Shown: in pieces, positions 27,051-40,863 of the stretch
Layout of the letters: each line of letters begins with the position of its first letter
Position numbering within the stretch: position 1 is the first letter of the stretch
Assembly (NCBI RefSeq): GCF_006345805.1
Contig: NC_043005.1
Coordinates: 9,362,001 to 9,426,000, forward strand
DNA from: Octopus sinensis
Taxonomy: Eukaryota
DNA: 64,000 nucleotides
Direction of reading: 5' to 3'
The notes under the pieces: model-generated
What the model was told of the DNA's origin: nothing
The model's database searches: none
What the model saw: only the letters and a program-made list of their open reading frames with translations
Made by a program: the position numbers and the translations under genes

Positions 27051-27780
27051 AGGCAAATTAATATGGCGGATAGCGATAGAAATACAGAGAAAACTAGCAG
27101 AAGTGCCAGGTACGAATAATATATCACTTATACATATGTATATAAAACAATAATTGCTAAAATACCTTATGCAAATTCTAAAGGAGAAATCGAATATAGT
27201 GATGCCGCGAACACAAATGTTTGTATAAGTCATTTATTTATATGTATAAACATCAATATAGTGCTTTGATTTCTGGTGTTTCGGTATATTCTACTTTGTT
27301 TAAATTTCCAAGTTTCATGTTGATTATTTTCGCATTTTATCCAGGCAGGATCAATAAAATTTTTATTAGTCGCGAATGCAGGGAAGTTGAATTCTGTCAA
27401 GATCTCAATTGTGTTACTTAAATGCATATATTCATAAAGGAACATAAACACACACCAATATATGTGTGCTTGTGTTTGTATAATGTATACACAGACACAC
27501 ACACATATATATAAATATATATCTTCGAATGTGTATACATAGTATACTATCTAATACATCTATCTATCAACACCAAAAAGCGTATGTATATATGAAAAAC
27601 ATTGCAGCATTTGGGTTGTCGAAAAGCTTGAAATATAAGTCTGTGTATGTGTGTGTACATAAATATGTTGTTGCTCTTTCTCGAGCCACGCCTGGCATAT
27701 AAGGGCCAGTTTCCCAGTTTCATCGGCGTATAGGTTCCCATATATGTATGTATCTATGCATGTATATATATATGTATGCA

Positions 27781-28038
27781 TACATAAATAATATTTTTAT
27801 AAACAAATCCGAAAGGCTTTGCGAGTTACGGAGAGAAAGCTTCTGTGGAAAGCTCATAGTATAATAACTGTACAATAGCTGTGTATAATATATATCGTAA
27901 TAATATTTATTATCCGATTTGAAGCGACAGTTTATAAATATAAACAAATGACTGAAAAATGATGAGCCTTATATAGTAGCTTTTTTTCCGTAACTCACAA
28001 AGCCTTTCGGGTTTGTTTATAAAAATATTATTTATGTA
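27781..28038. mobile_element. MITE with ~60 bp terminal inverted repeats
   Basis: TACATAAATAATATTTTTATAAACAAATCCGAAAGGCTTTGCGAGTTACGGAGAGAAAGCT is inverted at 27978-28038. Confidence 0.75.
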
Positions 28039-28060
28039 GTAGTAAGACAGTTTAAGTATA

Positions 28061-28448
28061 TCTCTCTCTATATAAACGGCAGTTTGTCTGTGCGTGTTTC
28101 TGTGTGTCTGTTTTCTTGTACCCTCACCCTGACCACGGCTTTCAACCGATTCTGATGAAACTTGACACACACATAGCCCAATGTCATAATTCAAAACTAA
28201 CGCAGCGAAAATTTTGAAAAGTTCCCCCAGTTCTGAAAAAAATCGATAAATTCGACATGGGGTCGAGAATCAGAAACACAAACCGCAAACTGTCTAGGGG
28301 ACGCAACTCCACCTTTTTTAACTAAAGAAAAAACTTACCATCATTTTTTTCCATCTTTTTGCTATTTTTTGGCTATAACTTTTTTGGCTAAAAATGCTTT
28401 ATAGTTATTTCCCTTACAAACCTGAGCAACGCCGGGCGATACTGCTAG
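28061..28448 (+). mobile_element. Non-autonomous Helitron
   Basis: A|TCTCTCTCTATATAAAC ... GAGCAACGCCGGGCGATACTGCTAG|T: 5' TC, subterminal hairpin, 3' CTAG, AT target, no TSD. Confidence 0.88.
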
Positions 28449-28774
28449 TATTAGCTAAATTTGACTGAAATTCATGGATGAGCGTTTGGCTAATCCGAAT
28501 CGCAAGGAGCCATGAAATCATCGATTTGTGGGTTTGATTCAGCCTGTGGTTAGCTCATCATTTTTCGGTCATTTGTTTGTATTTAAAAAGTGTCGCTTCA
28601 AAATCGGGGAATAAATATCATTATGATATATAATATATACAGTTATTGTATGCATACATATACATGTATATATATATATACATACGTTATATATATGTAT
28701 ATATACATGTATGTACACACATATATATATATCGGCTTAGATTAGTATTAATGATTAGTATATATATATACATA

Positions 28775-28977
28775 TAGTTAATCCAAACAAGAAAACACAA
28801 AAAAAAACAGCAACACGAGGACGTGGAACAAATAAAGTATTATTGGACGCTCAGGAAAGAAGGGAAGAGGAGGATTTAACGTTTCGAGCGGAGCTCTTCG
28901 TCGGAAACATAGGAGAAGGAAAGATCCCGAGAAGGGAAGACAGACGAAAAGAAATCGCTGGCGGTACTCACGAGGTC

Positions 28978-28980
<3 letters not shown>
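28775..28980 (-). mobile_element. PLE-type solo pseudo-LTR (family B) in (TA)n
   Basis: Collinear with 12190-12392. Confidence 0.7.
28873..28908 (-). ncRNA. Minimal hammerhead motif (core CCGACGA)
   Basis: Minus strand GTTT-CCGACGA-A-GAGC(TCC)GCTC-GAAACGTTA-AATC: intact GAAAC, palindromic AACGTT, and a U4-to-C change in the core. Confidence 0.55.
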
Positions 28981-29031
<51 letters not shown>

Positions 29032-29707
29032 TAGAATAGTATTAATGAGCAGAAGAAAAATTACTTAGTACTAAATTGAATATAATTATTTATATCACTT
29101 GGCCAACTGAATATTCTGAAACACTTTGAACGGGAAGGAATAACCTTATGTGAGCATTTGTGTGTGTGTGTGCGGGTGGAGGAGCATGTGCGTGGGGGAG
29201 CGTGTGCATGTGTGTCGAGGGATGTATTTGGTCATGTGTATTTTTCGCTTGTACTCTAAACGTTGCAAGAGTTTGTCTCCGTTTAGTCATTCATAAAACT
29301 ACATATATGCACATGTGTATTGCGAGAGTGTGTTTGTGTGTGTGTGTATGAATATGCATATGTTTGTATCTGTATAAATATCTATGTGTTTGCGTGTGAA
29401 TTCCGAAAGAAACGGACACTTAGAAAAATTAATCCATCAGCCGTTATTGACATGGAATCTGGGATGCTGCTGTTATCTTTGGTGAAAAATTTCGGCAATG
29501 AATCTTGAAAGCTATATTCTCTGGAGATTATTGATCGCTACGAGTATCTTGTGATTTACACTCCTTCATCCTATTTCAAAATTTGTTGCTATTTCCTACT
29601 GTAGGCAAAGCAACAATCTTGGTACGATAAACACGCTTCAGTGAACTGGCCATCAAAGCGAACCATACATCTATTGAACTGGACTTTGATATTTAATATA
29701 CACACAC

Positions 29708-29741
<34 letters not shown>

Positions 29742-29923
29742 ATACAGACATATATGTATATTATATATGTATGTATATACATATATATATATATATATAT
29801 GAATATTTGTATATATATATGTGTGTATATATATATGTATATGTGTATATATATATATATATACACATGTCTATATATATGTGTATATATGTATATATAT
29901 ATATATATATGCATGTATCTATA

Positions 29924-29959
<36 letters not shown>

Positions 29960-29971
29960 TCTATCTATCTA

Positions 29972-30020
<49 letters not shown>

Positions 30021-31420
30021 GGTGGGGTTTATATAAGGATAAGTTAGAATACAAAATAAACTGGAATTGAAAGAAATCGTAAGCCTCGACTGAATATCAA
30101 TATGAATGTAAAGAAATTATTAATAAAACGCAGTTAGAACCTTGTTTCGAATCATCCAGAGAATTTGAAGTATTACGCAATTGCATTAAGTAGCTATGAG
30201 CAGATCTTGTTTGAAGATAACAGCTTGAAATTGCAAAGAAAGCACTGACAATCAACAGATGCCTGTTGCTAATTAACATGAATGTGTGGACATATCCAAA
30301 TTGCTGCTAATTAAGAAAACCAACTTGGAAAATTTATGATGGTGACAGGTAAGATGTTCAGAATGTGTGAAATGAAAGTGAAATTGAATTGAAAAACAGG
30401 TGAAATGGTTCGTCTTAATTGTAACCTTAAAGGTATGGTGATCAACACTTGAAGCACATTCAACTCCACGGAGAAATAGATTTTCGGTAGCACAACAAAG
30501 GAGCGGCTTCAATGTGGTCAGTTGAAATAGCAGCTAAATAACACTCCTTCGGTTATAGTAGTTAAAATTCACCCAAATCATATTTTCTTGTTATCAAAGA
30601 AAAAAACGATTTTTGACTGATGCAGTCGCGGATACACTATGTCAAATTTCAAAGATGGAATAATTGTGGTGTTAATTACTTATGATAAGTATCTACTCAG
30701 GGGTTGAATAACATCTACAAAAGTAACGAAGCTACGTCTCGCGAGTGGATGCAAAATTTCCGAATGAATGTAATTACATTTTAAGTTCAGTTTGCGGATT
30801 TTTCTCTCTTGAAATTGTTGTAAGTGCTAATTAGAAAGTTCAAGTTGTTCAAACTCCTGTGGATCATGCTTTAGTTTATGCATATGTGTGGGGGGGGGAA
30901 GTGTGTGCATTTGTGTGTGTGGGGTGCGTGTGTTTGGATGTGCATGTATTTGTGTGTGTGTGTGTGTGTGTGTGTGTACATGTGCTTGGGAGTGGATGCA
31001 TTTGTGTGTATGTATATGTATGATTGTATGTGAGTCTATGTGCGTTTGTGATACACACTTTAACAAACACTCAAGAGAGGTTATGACAGAGTGAACAGTC
31101 ATGAATATGTATGATATGCCAAATGTATTTGCATATATACACAAGTACACACTTTATTGTGAGTAACACAAACCTTTGAAGTAGGATGACAAGAGACAAA
31201 GAAAAGTAAATGATAGAGGGGAGAAGGAAAAATGGATATGTATATATATAAGTGTAAATATATATATATATGCACATATCTATACACACAAGTATTCTTT
31301 TGTTCTTTTACTGTTTTACTTGTCTCAGTCATTTGATTGCAGCCATGCGGGAGCACATGTACATATATATGCACAAACATATATATATAGATATACATAC
31401 ATACGTATGTGTGTGTATAT

Positions 31421-31468
<48 letters not shown>

Positions 31469-31584
31469 CTCGAAATACGGAGTAGATAAAACAGTGGACA
31501 ACTGATGGAGGGATTGCTTTTTATATTGCCTGCCTTGTTTTTTTTATTTATTTCTTTCGATATTTTTGTATTTCACGTTCTCGC

Positions 31585-32127
31585 TTTTCATGTTGTTTAT
31601 GTTTTTAGACATCCTGTACCCATATATGCATGTGCATATACATATATATGCAGGTATGCCCATCTATGCATGTATATATGCATATATATATATCTATTAT
31701 TTACATTATATATATAGAGCGAGACAGAGATGTACCTTCATAGCAAGTGACCTGATCTGAGATCGTGTGCTAGAACGAAAACAATTGCAGCGTGAAAGGT
31801 GTTTATAAGCCATTTAAGAAACACACAAAAACCGTTAGATTCACTTCAACATCTATATTTAATTTGTCAAAATATTTTCGTCGCTTTGAGACCGCAACCT
31901 GTTCACTAACAAATTTCCATATATTCCATAATTGTTTTCGTTCCAGCACACGATCTCAGATCAGGTCACTTGCTATGAAAGTACATCTCTCTCTCTATAT
32001 ATATATAATGTAAATAATAGATATATATATGCATATAAACATGCATAGATGGGCATACCTGCATATATATGTATATGCACATGCATATATGGGTACAGGA
32101 TGTCTAAAAACGTAAACAACATGAAAA
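31585..32127. repeat. Fold-back inverted repeat, ~200 bp arms around a ~140 bp spacer
   Basis: 31585-31790 is the near-exact reverse complement of 31929-32127. The inner ~60 bp (GAGATGTACCTTCATAGCAAGTGACCTGATCTGAGATCGTGTGC...) is MITE-like. Confidence 0.92.
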
Positions 32128-32170
32128 AATTGTATGATTTGCCCAATAGTGGTTTTATCTCTAATTTAAC

Positions 32171-32284
<114 letters not shown>

Positions 32285-32431
32285 TAGGGAGAGTTCACGA
32301 AAAGAAACAGAAGACGAAGACAGGTGGTGTAGAAAACAAACAGTATTACGCTCTTCTACAGGAAGGGACACAGAAAAAAACAAAGAGAGAAACCAGTAGA
32401 GAAACAAAATGTGTGTAGTGGCTACCGATCT

Positions 32432-32470
<39 letters not shown>

Positions 32471-33008
32471 GCACACAAGCACACACATACCGAATGTTGA
32501 ATTATTGACATTAAACGAAGCATGACATTTGCTGCTGCCTAATTTTTTGGCAGGTGTCGTCTGTTTTTGTATTCGAAAATACATTCAGTTGTAGACTGAC
32601 TTTCATAATGCACAATTAATATTTTTATGCTTATAAATTCTGATGACAAAATTGATATTCTAGTTTTCCTCATTAACAAATATAGTCAATGTATATAATT
32701 CGCTGTCATCAACACACATTTAATACGCTATATATATTTGCATTTAAATCTTTTGCTATTAATTGTTCTCATCCATATATTCCTCTATTACCTCTTATAT
32801 CCAACTAACTGAGAGGTTTTGTTTATTCAGTATCAGTCTATTTACACTGTATGCTTGTATTTCTTGATTTAAGTACAACAGATCCGGAATTTTTGGAAAT
32901 TACTGATTGAAATTTAAGAAGGTCAAGGTATCTGGTGTAGCTTCATGTCTATCCAAGAAATATAGTTGAGACTTATCCATGAAAATGAAGAATAAAACTA
33001 ATTATATA

Positions 33009-33534
33009 TTGGGTTGTCCGGAGAGTTCGTGCCGATTTTTAAAGGAAAGAAAAAGGTCAATAAATACTTGCCATTACATTTTTAATCAACCAAATATGAA
33101 CCATTTTGTTGCACATTGCGTCTCCATCTTTCCCTTAACTTGAAAATGCCCCCTTCCTAGGATTGAGGTGGTTTCATGGCAAAGAATTCATCAAGGTATC
33201 TTTTTACGTCATCCAAGGAATTGAAATTTTTACCATTAAGACTATTCTGCAGAGACCTGAATAAGTGGAAATCCGAAGGAGCAATATCTGGTGAATATGG
33301 TGGGTGGGGTAACATCAAGTGCCGAAAATGAACTTTCTTATCCTCCATTTTAAAGGAAGGGTTACAGAATTAACACAGGTTATAGGAACATAAACCTTCT
33401 TCCACGAAAAGATAGCTTAAACTGTGCTCTAAATGGAGGTGTAGTCAAATACTATTTTATGGACTCAACCATATTGTAAAAGAAGTCGAAAGGTAAGCTA
33501 CAATAAATCGGCACGAACTTTCCGGACAACCCAA
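33009..33534 (-). mobile_element. Internally deleted mariner with both TIRs and TA TSD
   Basis: TA|TTGGGTTGTCCGGAGAGTTCGTGCCGATTT ... AAATCGGCACGAACTTTCCGGACAACCCAA|TA. The ORF MEDKKVHFRHLML is fused directly to PHPPYSPDIAPSDFHLFRSL. Confidence 0.95.
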
Positions 33535-35882
33535 TACATTTGGAGCGTTTACTGAATGTGTTAAATGGGTCGTACATGCGTAGCTTTCGCGTAAACTAAA
33601 CCTGCTGACATTTAACAAGTTTAGTAAAATGCACGTAACTTGCTTGTAAGATCATTTACTCACGCATAAATATATATGCTTGTGAAATTAGGTAGAACAT
33701 TTATTAAAAGAAAATTACGTAATATAGAATAACCAATGATTCATTGACAAATTATTGTACATATTAAATGAAACCTGCGTAATGTTATAATGAAATCTAT
33801 ATAATGCTCAGGAGGTGATGAATATAATTGTCTTCTTTTTCGGTTATTCTGGCGTTTATATTGCACCCTCATACTCTTATTAGCAACTTTCCAAATGTTT
33901 ATTTTTCAATAATAGCTCAGTTATTATTGACATCTCGGGTTCAGAAGTCATCTATATAATTACGTACTTTATACACTCATACAGTCACACATACTCTCGC
34001 TCGTACACGCGCACACACACACACACACACATATGCATATATGCACCGTACATTTTACATAATATGGTCTTTTGCTTATTTTCCGTTTGTCACATCCATT
34101 CACGAAAATATTTGGGTAATCTTCGTCGCAGCGAGATTAGATTGTGCATTAAAGAACATAGTTACGATCCGACGTCTTAACTATGCAGCTAAACTTAATT
34201 AGTTTAATAATAAATCCTATTTTCTTATTCTGATATGCACTCTGAAAAACATTACAAAAGCCATTTGCTACTTATGAATATCTTAATGCTATTGGTAATA
34301 TAATAAAAGTCGATTTGCTTTTAATTTGTGTTAATAAGATTTGAGTGTCTTCGACAAATTTCGCTATATTAAGTAATTAAGATAAAAAAAATACGTAGAT
34401 CATAAAAAATTTCCAGTTACGTTTCATGTAGCTAAATTCTGTTTTTGTAAGGTATTTGAAGACGGCGAAATACTGTACGTGACATTTAAAGAGCCTCCTA
34501 GGATATTGAAACTAATATAGTGAATAGGAAGCAATATCTACAGGTAAAACATATAAGAGAGAATTCCACTTTGTTGTATTCTAGCAAGATTGAGGTAATT
34601 GTTTAATGTTGTATCTATAAGAGTTGAGACTCACTAGGAATGACAGGAGAAGTGATGGTGGCTGTGGTAGGTTTTTTGGAGAATGTTTACTGTTAGCTAG
34701 TCTAGCAAAGCAGATAATGCTGTCGTATAGTAGAAAGACAACAAAACCCAGATACAATAGAAAATGTGCTGACACACGTTTGAGATCTATTGAAGTGTAT
34801 TGGTGACAGAGTGTAAGCTACAAAATAGTGCATATTACATGAGCAACAAAACTACAACAGTATGAGCAATAAGCATTTTAAAATTCTACGCTGTTTAAGT
34901 AGAATATCATCTATTGCAATCACATTACACATCACCGAGTCTGTTTGTAGTATTTCATAGTAGTGAAAAATGGCAGCCACATTTTTCTCAAATGTAACGT
35001 CTTTAAAAAGTAACAAGAACATTATTTCATGCAGTCCAGTGTACACAACGCCTAAACAATTTATGTAATCGTAATGGTTCAAACAACCACGTTTACGCAT
35101 TTGTTTGATTAGATCTTATCTGGGGCGAATTGAGAATAAAAGGGAAATCATTATTTTGAGTAGATCTGTCCTATGAGAGACCAGAATAGACAATAAATTA
35201 TTTAACAAATTATACGCAGACTAGTTAAAAATATACCACGATAGTCCTTATAATGTGTGGTACCAAACGAAACTATTACTGTTCAATAAAAGGAATACAG
35301 ACGAACTAATATATACAGCATTGAAGCAACTTGTTGTTTTATCAGGGTGCCGTTCTAATATACATGCATACAAATTTAACTACACAAGGAGAAGCTTCAA
35401 TATGGATCCCTGCACTATTCTTAAATAAGACGTATAGCTTTCAAACTAAATGTTTCCCTCGTAAAATAAATTAACAATGTATGTGCTATTTACGCATACA
35501 AGCTACTACCAAGATAAAAGAGAGGAAGGTCATAGTTGGAATGTCTCTGATCGTATATGCCAGCCAGCCAGCCTCGACTGACCTATCACTAAACAATGAC
35601 CAGAACAGGTATATAAGCAAAGAGATAGAATTGCTAATGGAATCATGTGAATCGGAAATGTCTAGCCGTAATATATAGACAGCCAAACAGCATCACAAAT
35701 ACAATAAAATCTGCAAGCTAGCTTGATAAAAATAGCAACGTAATAGATTATTTTTATGCAACTTTCCTTCAAACCAGCAGCATTGAATGACTACAGTAAT
35801 TCATTGAAATGAATATTAATCATACGTATGTAAATACATATGTATATATTAAATTTCTAATATATAAATACAGAGGGAGAGT

Positions 35883-35924
<42 letters not shown>

Positions 35925-36779
35925 AGCGAATTAGAGATAGAATAATAGAGTGAAGGGTATGAATTCTAAGACGGACAGATATAAACATATATTTATGTCT
36001 GTCTGCCATCGCTCCGAGTTGACCAGGTTTACTGCAAAGACTAAGCCCCTATCTATTCAGACTTATGGCTTTACGATACAAGATGACATAACTCTACTTC
36101 TAATTCTCCTTTTTTTCGTTTTCTTTTCCTTTCGTTTTCCAGTGTATTCAACCCCCTTCCCAACTTATACACCTACTTTCTTCTCGCATTTTCTTGTACT
36201 TTTTCTTATTTTATCGTTCTGGTTTAGCTTTTATATTGCTTAGCCTGGAGATTGCATGGAAGCTCATAAAAAATGTATATGGTACTTATTAAACAATATT
36301 TATCACTCACGAGGTGCAGTACATTTTTGTTGATCTTACCTTCACGGAGTGCTATACAATATGCATTATGTATGTAGTATACCATATATACACACACACA
36401 CATATATATTATATATATATTATATATATATATATAATAATAAATATTAGGGAATAAATCCAAATTTACAGGGAAAAAATCAGATTTAGGATTAAATCCA
36501 ATTTTATAGTAAAATATTATATAATATTAATTAGAGACTTTGTTTCTAATAGTAACATTCCTGAATCCATTAATTCATTAATATTTCGATACCGTCAAGC
36601 TTCCATAAGAAGAGTGAAATTGTTCCAATAATGGTCTTCTATTAGTAAAATTTGTAGGATTTCATGAAAAGAAAAATATCATAAACATACGGTTATAATT
36701 CATAAAATCGCCAACGCCAGATATAGGAATTACATATAGGACCACAGCCGCCTGTTTGACTAAACAGGATATAAATGTG

Positions 36780-37195
36780 GCGGCGGCGAGCTGGCAGAAA
36801 CGTTGGCACGCCGGGCGAAATGCTTAGCGGTATTTCGGCTGCCGTTACGTTGTGAGTTCAAATTCCGCCGAGGTCGACTTTGCCTTTCATCCTTTCGGGG
36901 TCGATAAATTAAGTAACAGTTACGTACTGGGGTCGATGTAATCGACTTAATACCTATGTCTGTCCTTGTTTGTCCCCTCTGTGTTTAGCCCCTTGTGGGT
37001 AATAAAGAAATAGGTATTTCGGCTGTCGTTACGTTGTGAGTTCAAATTCCGTCGAGGTCGACTTTGCCTTTCATCCTTTCGGGGTCGATAAATTAAGTAC
37101 CAGTTACGCACTGGGGTCGATGTAATTGACTTAATACCTATATCTGTCCTTGTTTGTCCCCTCTGTGTGTAGCCCCTTGTGGGTAATAAAGAAAT
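36780..37195 (+). mobile_element. SINE family 2 partial dimer with 14 bp TSD
   Basis: Full unit 36780-37012 followed by a headless unit 37013-37195. TSD AGGATATAAATGTG at 36766-36779 and 37196-37209. Confidence 0.92.
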
Positions 37196-37424
37196 AGGAT
37201 ATAAATGTGTGTGTGTGTAGGCAAATACCAAATCTTCCCTCTCTATCAAAGCACCAGAAACATTTCAACCCATTTCCGTTTAAATAAGGAAAGCATACTC
37301 ATTAAAAAATATTAGCCTCTGAATATCCTTTAGAAAGAAGAAAAAAAAATAAAGAGAAAAAGAGACTCAATTTCTCCACAAAAAAAAAACAACCAGGACC
37401 AACAAACATTTAAAAAAACTTTAG

Positions 37425-38205
37425 TAACAGTCCTCCACCCGGGTTTCGAAACCGCAACTCCAAATCTGTATAGAAACACCTGTTGCCGACGTCACCTACC
37501 TATAGACAAATGAAATTTTACAAACACCAGTTGCCTATGTCACATAACTCTAGACCAATCAAAACCGAACTTCAGCAAATACAACGAAATTACATTTTAA
37601 GACTGATAACCGTTTCCAACCGGGACGACTGATAACCGTTTTTCCTACAGAGAAATCAACCAGGCAGAAGGACAAACTTGACCGCCTGAAAAGGCAAGAC
37701 GTCACCAGTAATTCAAAGAATTGTAAATCGGATCCGCTCGAGGAAAAAGTTATAAATACACCTAATTCTAAAACAAGCGAAAGCTCCTACGCGAAGAGGA
37801 CCAGAGATACTGTAAACCAAGTTCCCTTTTTTTACTGAAACTTTGATTTTATGACTGAAACTTTGATTATATTCATTTCTTGTTGATAATTACTAGCATT
37901 AATGAGCTTTGCACACTCAAACAAATTGATTTACAGTTTAATTATTATTGACTGCTATTAACATTTAAACTTGTCGAGGTTGAAATGCTTGTACCTGTCC
38001 TCCAAATTCATAATTGTAAATTTGTCTGTTATTAACATTTTAATTAGTCAACATTCAAATTGTTTAAGATGTTTTTGTAATTCATAATTTTAAACTTTTA
38101 CCATTGATAAACAAAAAATATTGTTGAAACTGGTTTTGGTATATATGAAAATAAATGTATTTTAAACAATTACAAGTTTTTCGAATTTAGGTGCCTTTTC
38201 AACAA
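37425..38205 (+). promoter_or_regulatory. Promoter-like or solo-LTR-like segment
   Basis: GACGTCAC at 37488 and 37698, CCAAT at 37555, TATAAATA at 37751, AATAAA at 38150, a 48 bp-period imperfect repeat, and a duplicated GACTGATAACCGTTT. Confidence 0.35.
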
Positions 38206-38253
38206 CAAATTTTCCTATATGTTTCCCTGTTTGGAAACACACCCTCTCTTTCG

Positions 38254-38306
<53 letters not shown>

Positions 38307-39006
38307 TAATATATATATATACATACACACACACACACATACATATATATGTATATACATATATTATATGTGCATACATACATGCATATATACATATATA
38401 TATATTATATTCATATAAGAGGGATGACCACTAAGTGGACATCCATTATGCAAGAAGTAGACTCCCTATGGTCTTACCACTAAGACAGGATTATTCGCAA
38501 GAAAATTTAGCAAACGCCAGAACGTAAGCGAGCAAGACAAATGAAAAGATACAAAATATAATGATTCTTCAGATTTTTCAATATGCTAGACCACTGGTTT
38601 TAAATTGATATTAATCAAATAAATATTCAATTTTTCACCCTTATTATTTAAATATATATATATATATATATATATTATTAATATATATATATAATATATA
38701 TAAAATAAAGTTAATCGCCACATCAAAGTTACTGTTTTTACCAGTTATTATTAGTTTAGCCCCTGTCAGAACCTCCACTAGCAGGTTATCGGTACGGCGC
38801 CTGCACCCTGTGTTTTGTGCGCACCAGTAAACAGCTGGCGGAAGATCTGACCGAGATTAAGCTTCTAGTAACATGGAGCAGCCACTTTGATGTCGCGGTT
38901 AACTTTACATCTTAGTATGGTTGCTACTCTGACCTCTTCAGATTTTGCAACCAGTTATTTTGCTTATACATACCTACCTACCTAAATTCATACATACATA
39001 CATGTT

Positions 39007-39048
<42 letters not shown>

Positions 39049-40484
39049 TGAAGCAAATATCAGACATTACCAAGTGTGTAACATATACCTATCGCATATA
39101 ACATGATTTTAACTGTTACAATTTCTCATAAAAGATAGTCTCTTAGCTCTGACATCTCTTAATCCAAAGGATCATCAAGGTTCTGACAACTTGAGAGAGA
39201 AATGGCTGTATTAACATCTGGCTAGTTCATATTTTTAACTGACTAGGATTAATCAGTGTGACATTAGCGCCGTGTTCAAGAACGTAACCCTCCACCTTGT
39301 CGAGGAATAGAATCAGCAATCTTATGTTAGTGATACAAATATCTAAATGTATAGGCATCCTCGCGTTTCTGTCTATGAGAGACAATTTGAAAGTGTTGCG
39401 CATTTCAGCGTAGAGATTTAGAGTTCTTTAAAATGCGGTTTCATAAATCACGACCTTTTTTTTCCAGTTTGATATACTCTTTTAAGGCCTTTTCATATTT
39501 CCTCTTATTTCGTTAGGAATAATCAAGAAAAATCGTGATTCTAAATCCCTTACTCAATTCACACAGAAAACATTTACACTCCCATTACTAGAATGATATA
39601 TTTATAATAATGGTGTATTTTTTGTGCGCTTTGGGTAAAGATCAAGGGAATACTGCTACAATTGATAAATTCGTCGTGTGATGTTATCGTAGATGTCATT
39701 ATTATTTTAGGTGGTTTTTATCTGTGTCCTGAGTTATTATTATTATTATTTTTTGTTTGTTTAAGGCTAGTAGTAAAACGTTCCTTGATATGCTCATGTT
39801 TTGTGAAATACGCTACAAGTTGGGATGTCGATGAATCTTTTATTATATTTTGTCAAATTTTATTTCGGGTTCTGCCGTAAAGCTCATTATAAATCCATGC
39901 ACGAAATGAAATTAGACAGAAAACCATTTTCTGGCATTACTACAAGAGTATTTTGAATTCCTCAACAGATGGCAAATTCTGTGTGAGTTATTTGCTAATC
40001 GATATGTTACATAATATAAATCTAAAATTTTACCAGGACATACTGCTCTAAAAATTATTAATCTGGCATAGGTAATTCTATTAGTTGTAAAAATATACCA
40101 CAGTCACTTTGTTACTCGCAGCAAAGAATAAAATGACTAATTATTAACATTTCACTCGAAAGGTGGAAGAGTGAAGATTACCGAAATATAATGTGCGAAT
40201 TGGTTTCGAGAAGTTTTAATTCTGAACAAAACCTAAGTGTCTAGAATGAAAATATGAAACGTTTCCCAGAAAGGCATCTCGTAAACACACACACACACAC
40301 ACACACCACACACACACACACACACATACAAACAAACAAAAAGCAAAAAAATCACTCAAAAACCAAACGCAAAAATACAGACACACCACACACACCTATA
40401 TATGTATCTATCAATATATACACACACACGCGCGCGCATATATATGCATACGCACAAGCATATATATGTGTGTGTGTTGTGTGT

Positions 40485-40511
<27 letters not shown>

Positions 40512-40515
<4 letters not shown>

Positions 40516-40805
40516 GCGCATGGCTTAGTGGTTAATGTGCTACACTCACGATTGCCAGATCGTGGGTTCAAACCCAAGACCGAGCATTTCATTGTGATCT
40601 TGAGCATATTACTTCATTTGACGTTGCTCTGCCTTCATTTCGAAATTTGACATGAGGCACCTGTTTAACCTGTACAAATAATGCTAATCTGATGGAGGGA
40701 TTGAGCATATGTCTACATAAACATTTGATCTCTATAAACAGATCACCTGTTTGGTTGTTCGGTAAGTAATCGTCGAACCCTCATACCCGTCTAACAATGC
40801 GGTAT
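40512..40805 (+). mobile_element. tRNA-derived SINE (family 3)
   Basis: GGCGCATGGCTTAGTGGTTAA A-box and GGGTTCAAACCC B-box, followed by a non-tRNA body. Confidence 0.75.
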
Positions 40806-40814
40806 GAGTCCATC

Positions 40815-40861
<47 letters not shown>

Positions 40862-40863
<2 letters not shown>

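Noticed and set aside
29595-29700. Acceptor-like TTTCCTACTGTAG followed by [16 protein letters not shown]
   Set aside because: No donor site, no domain, and the frame runs into a microsatellite.
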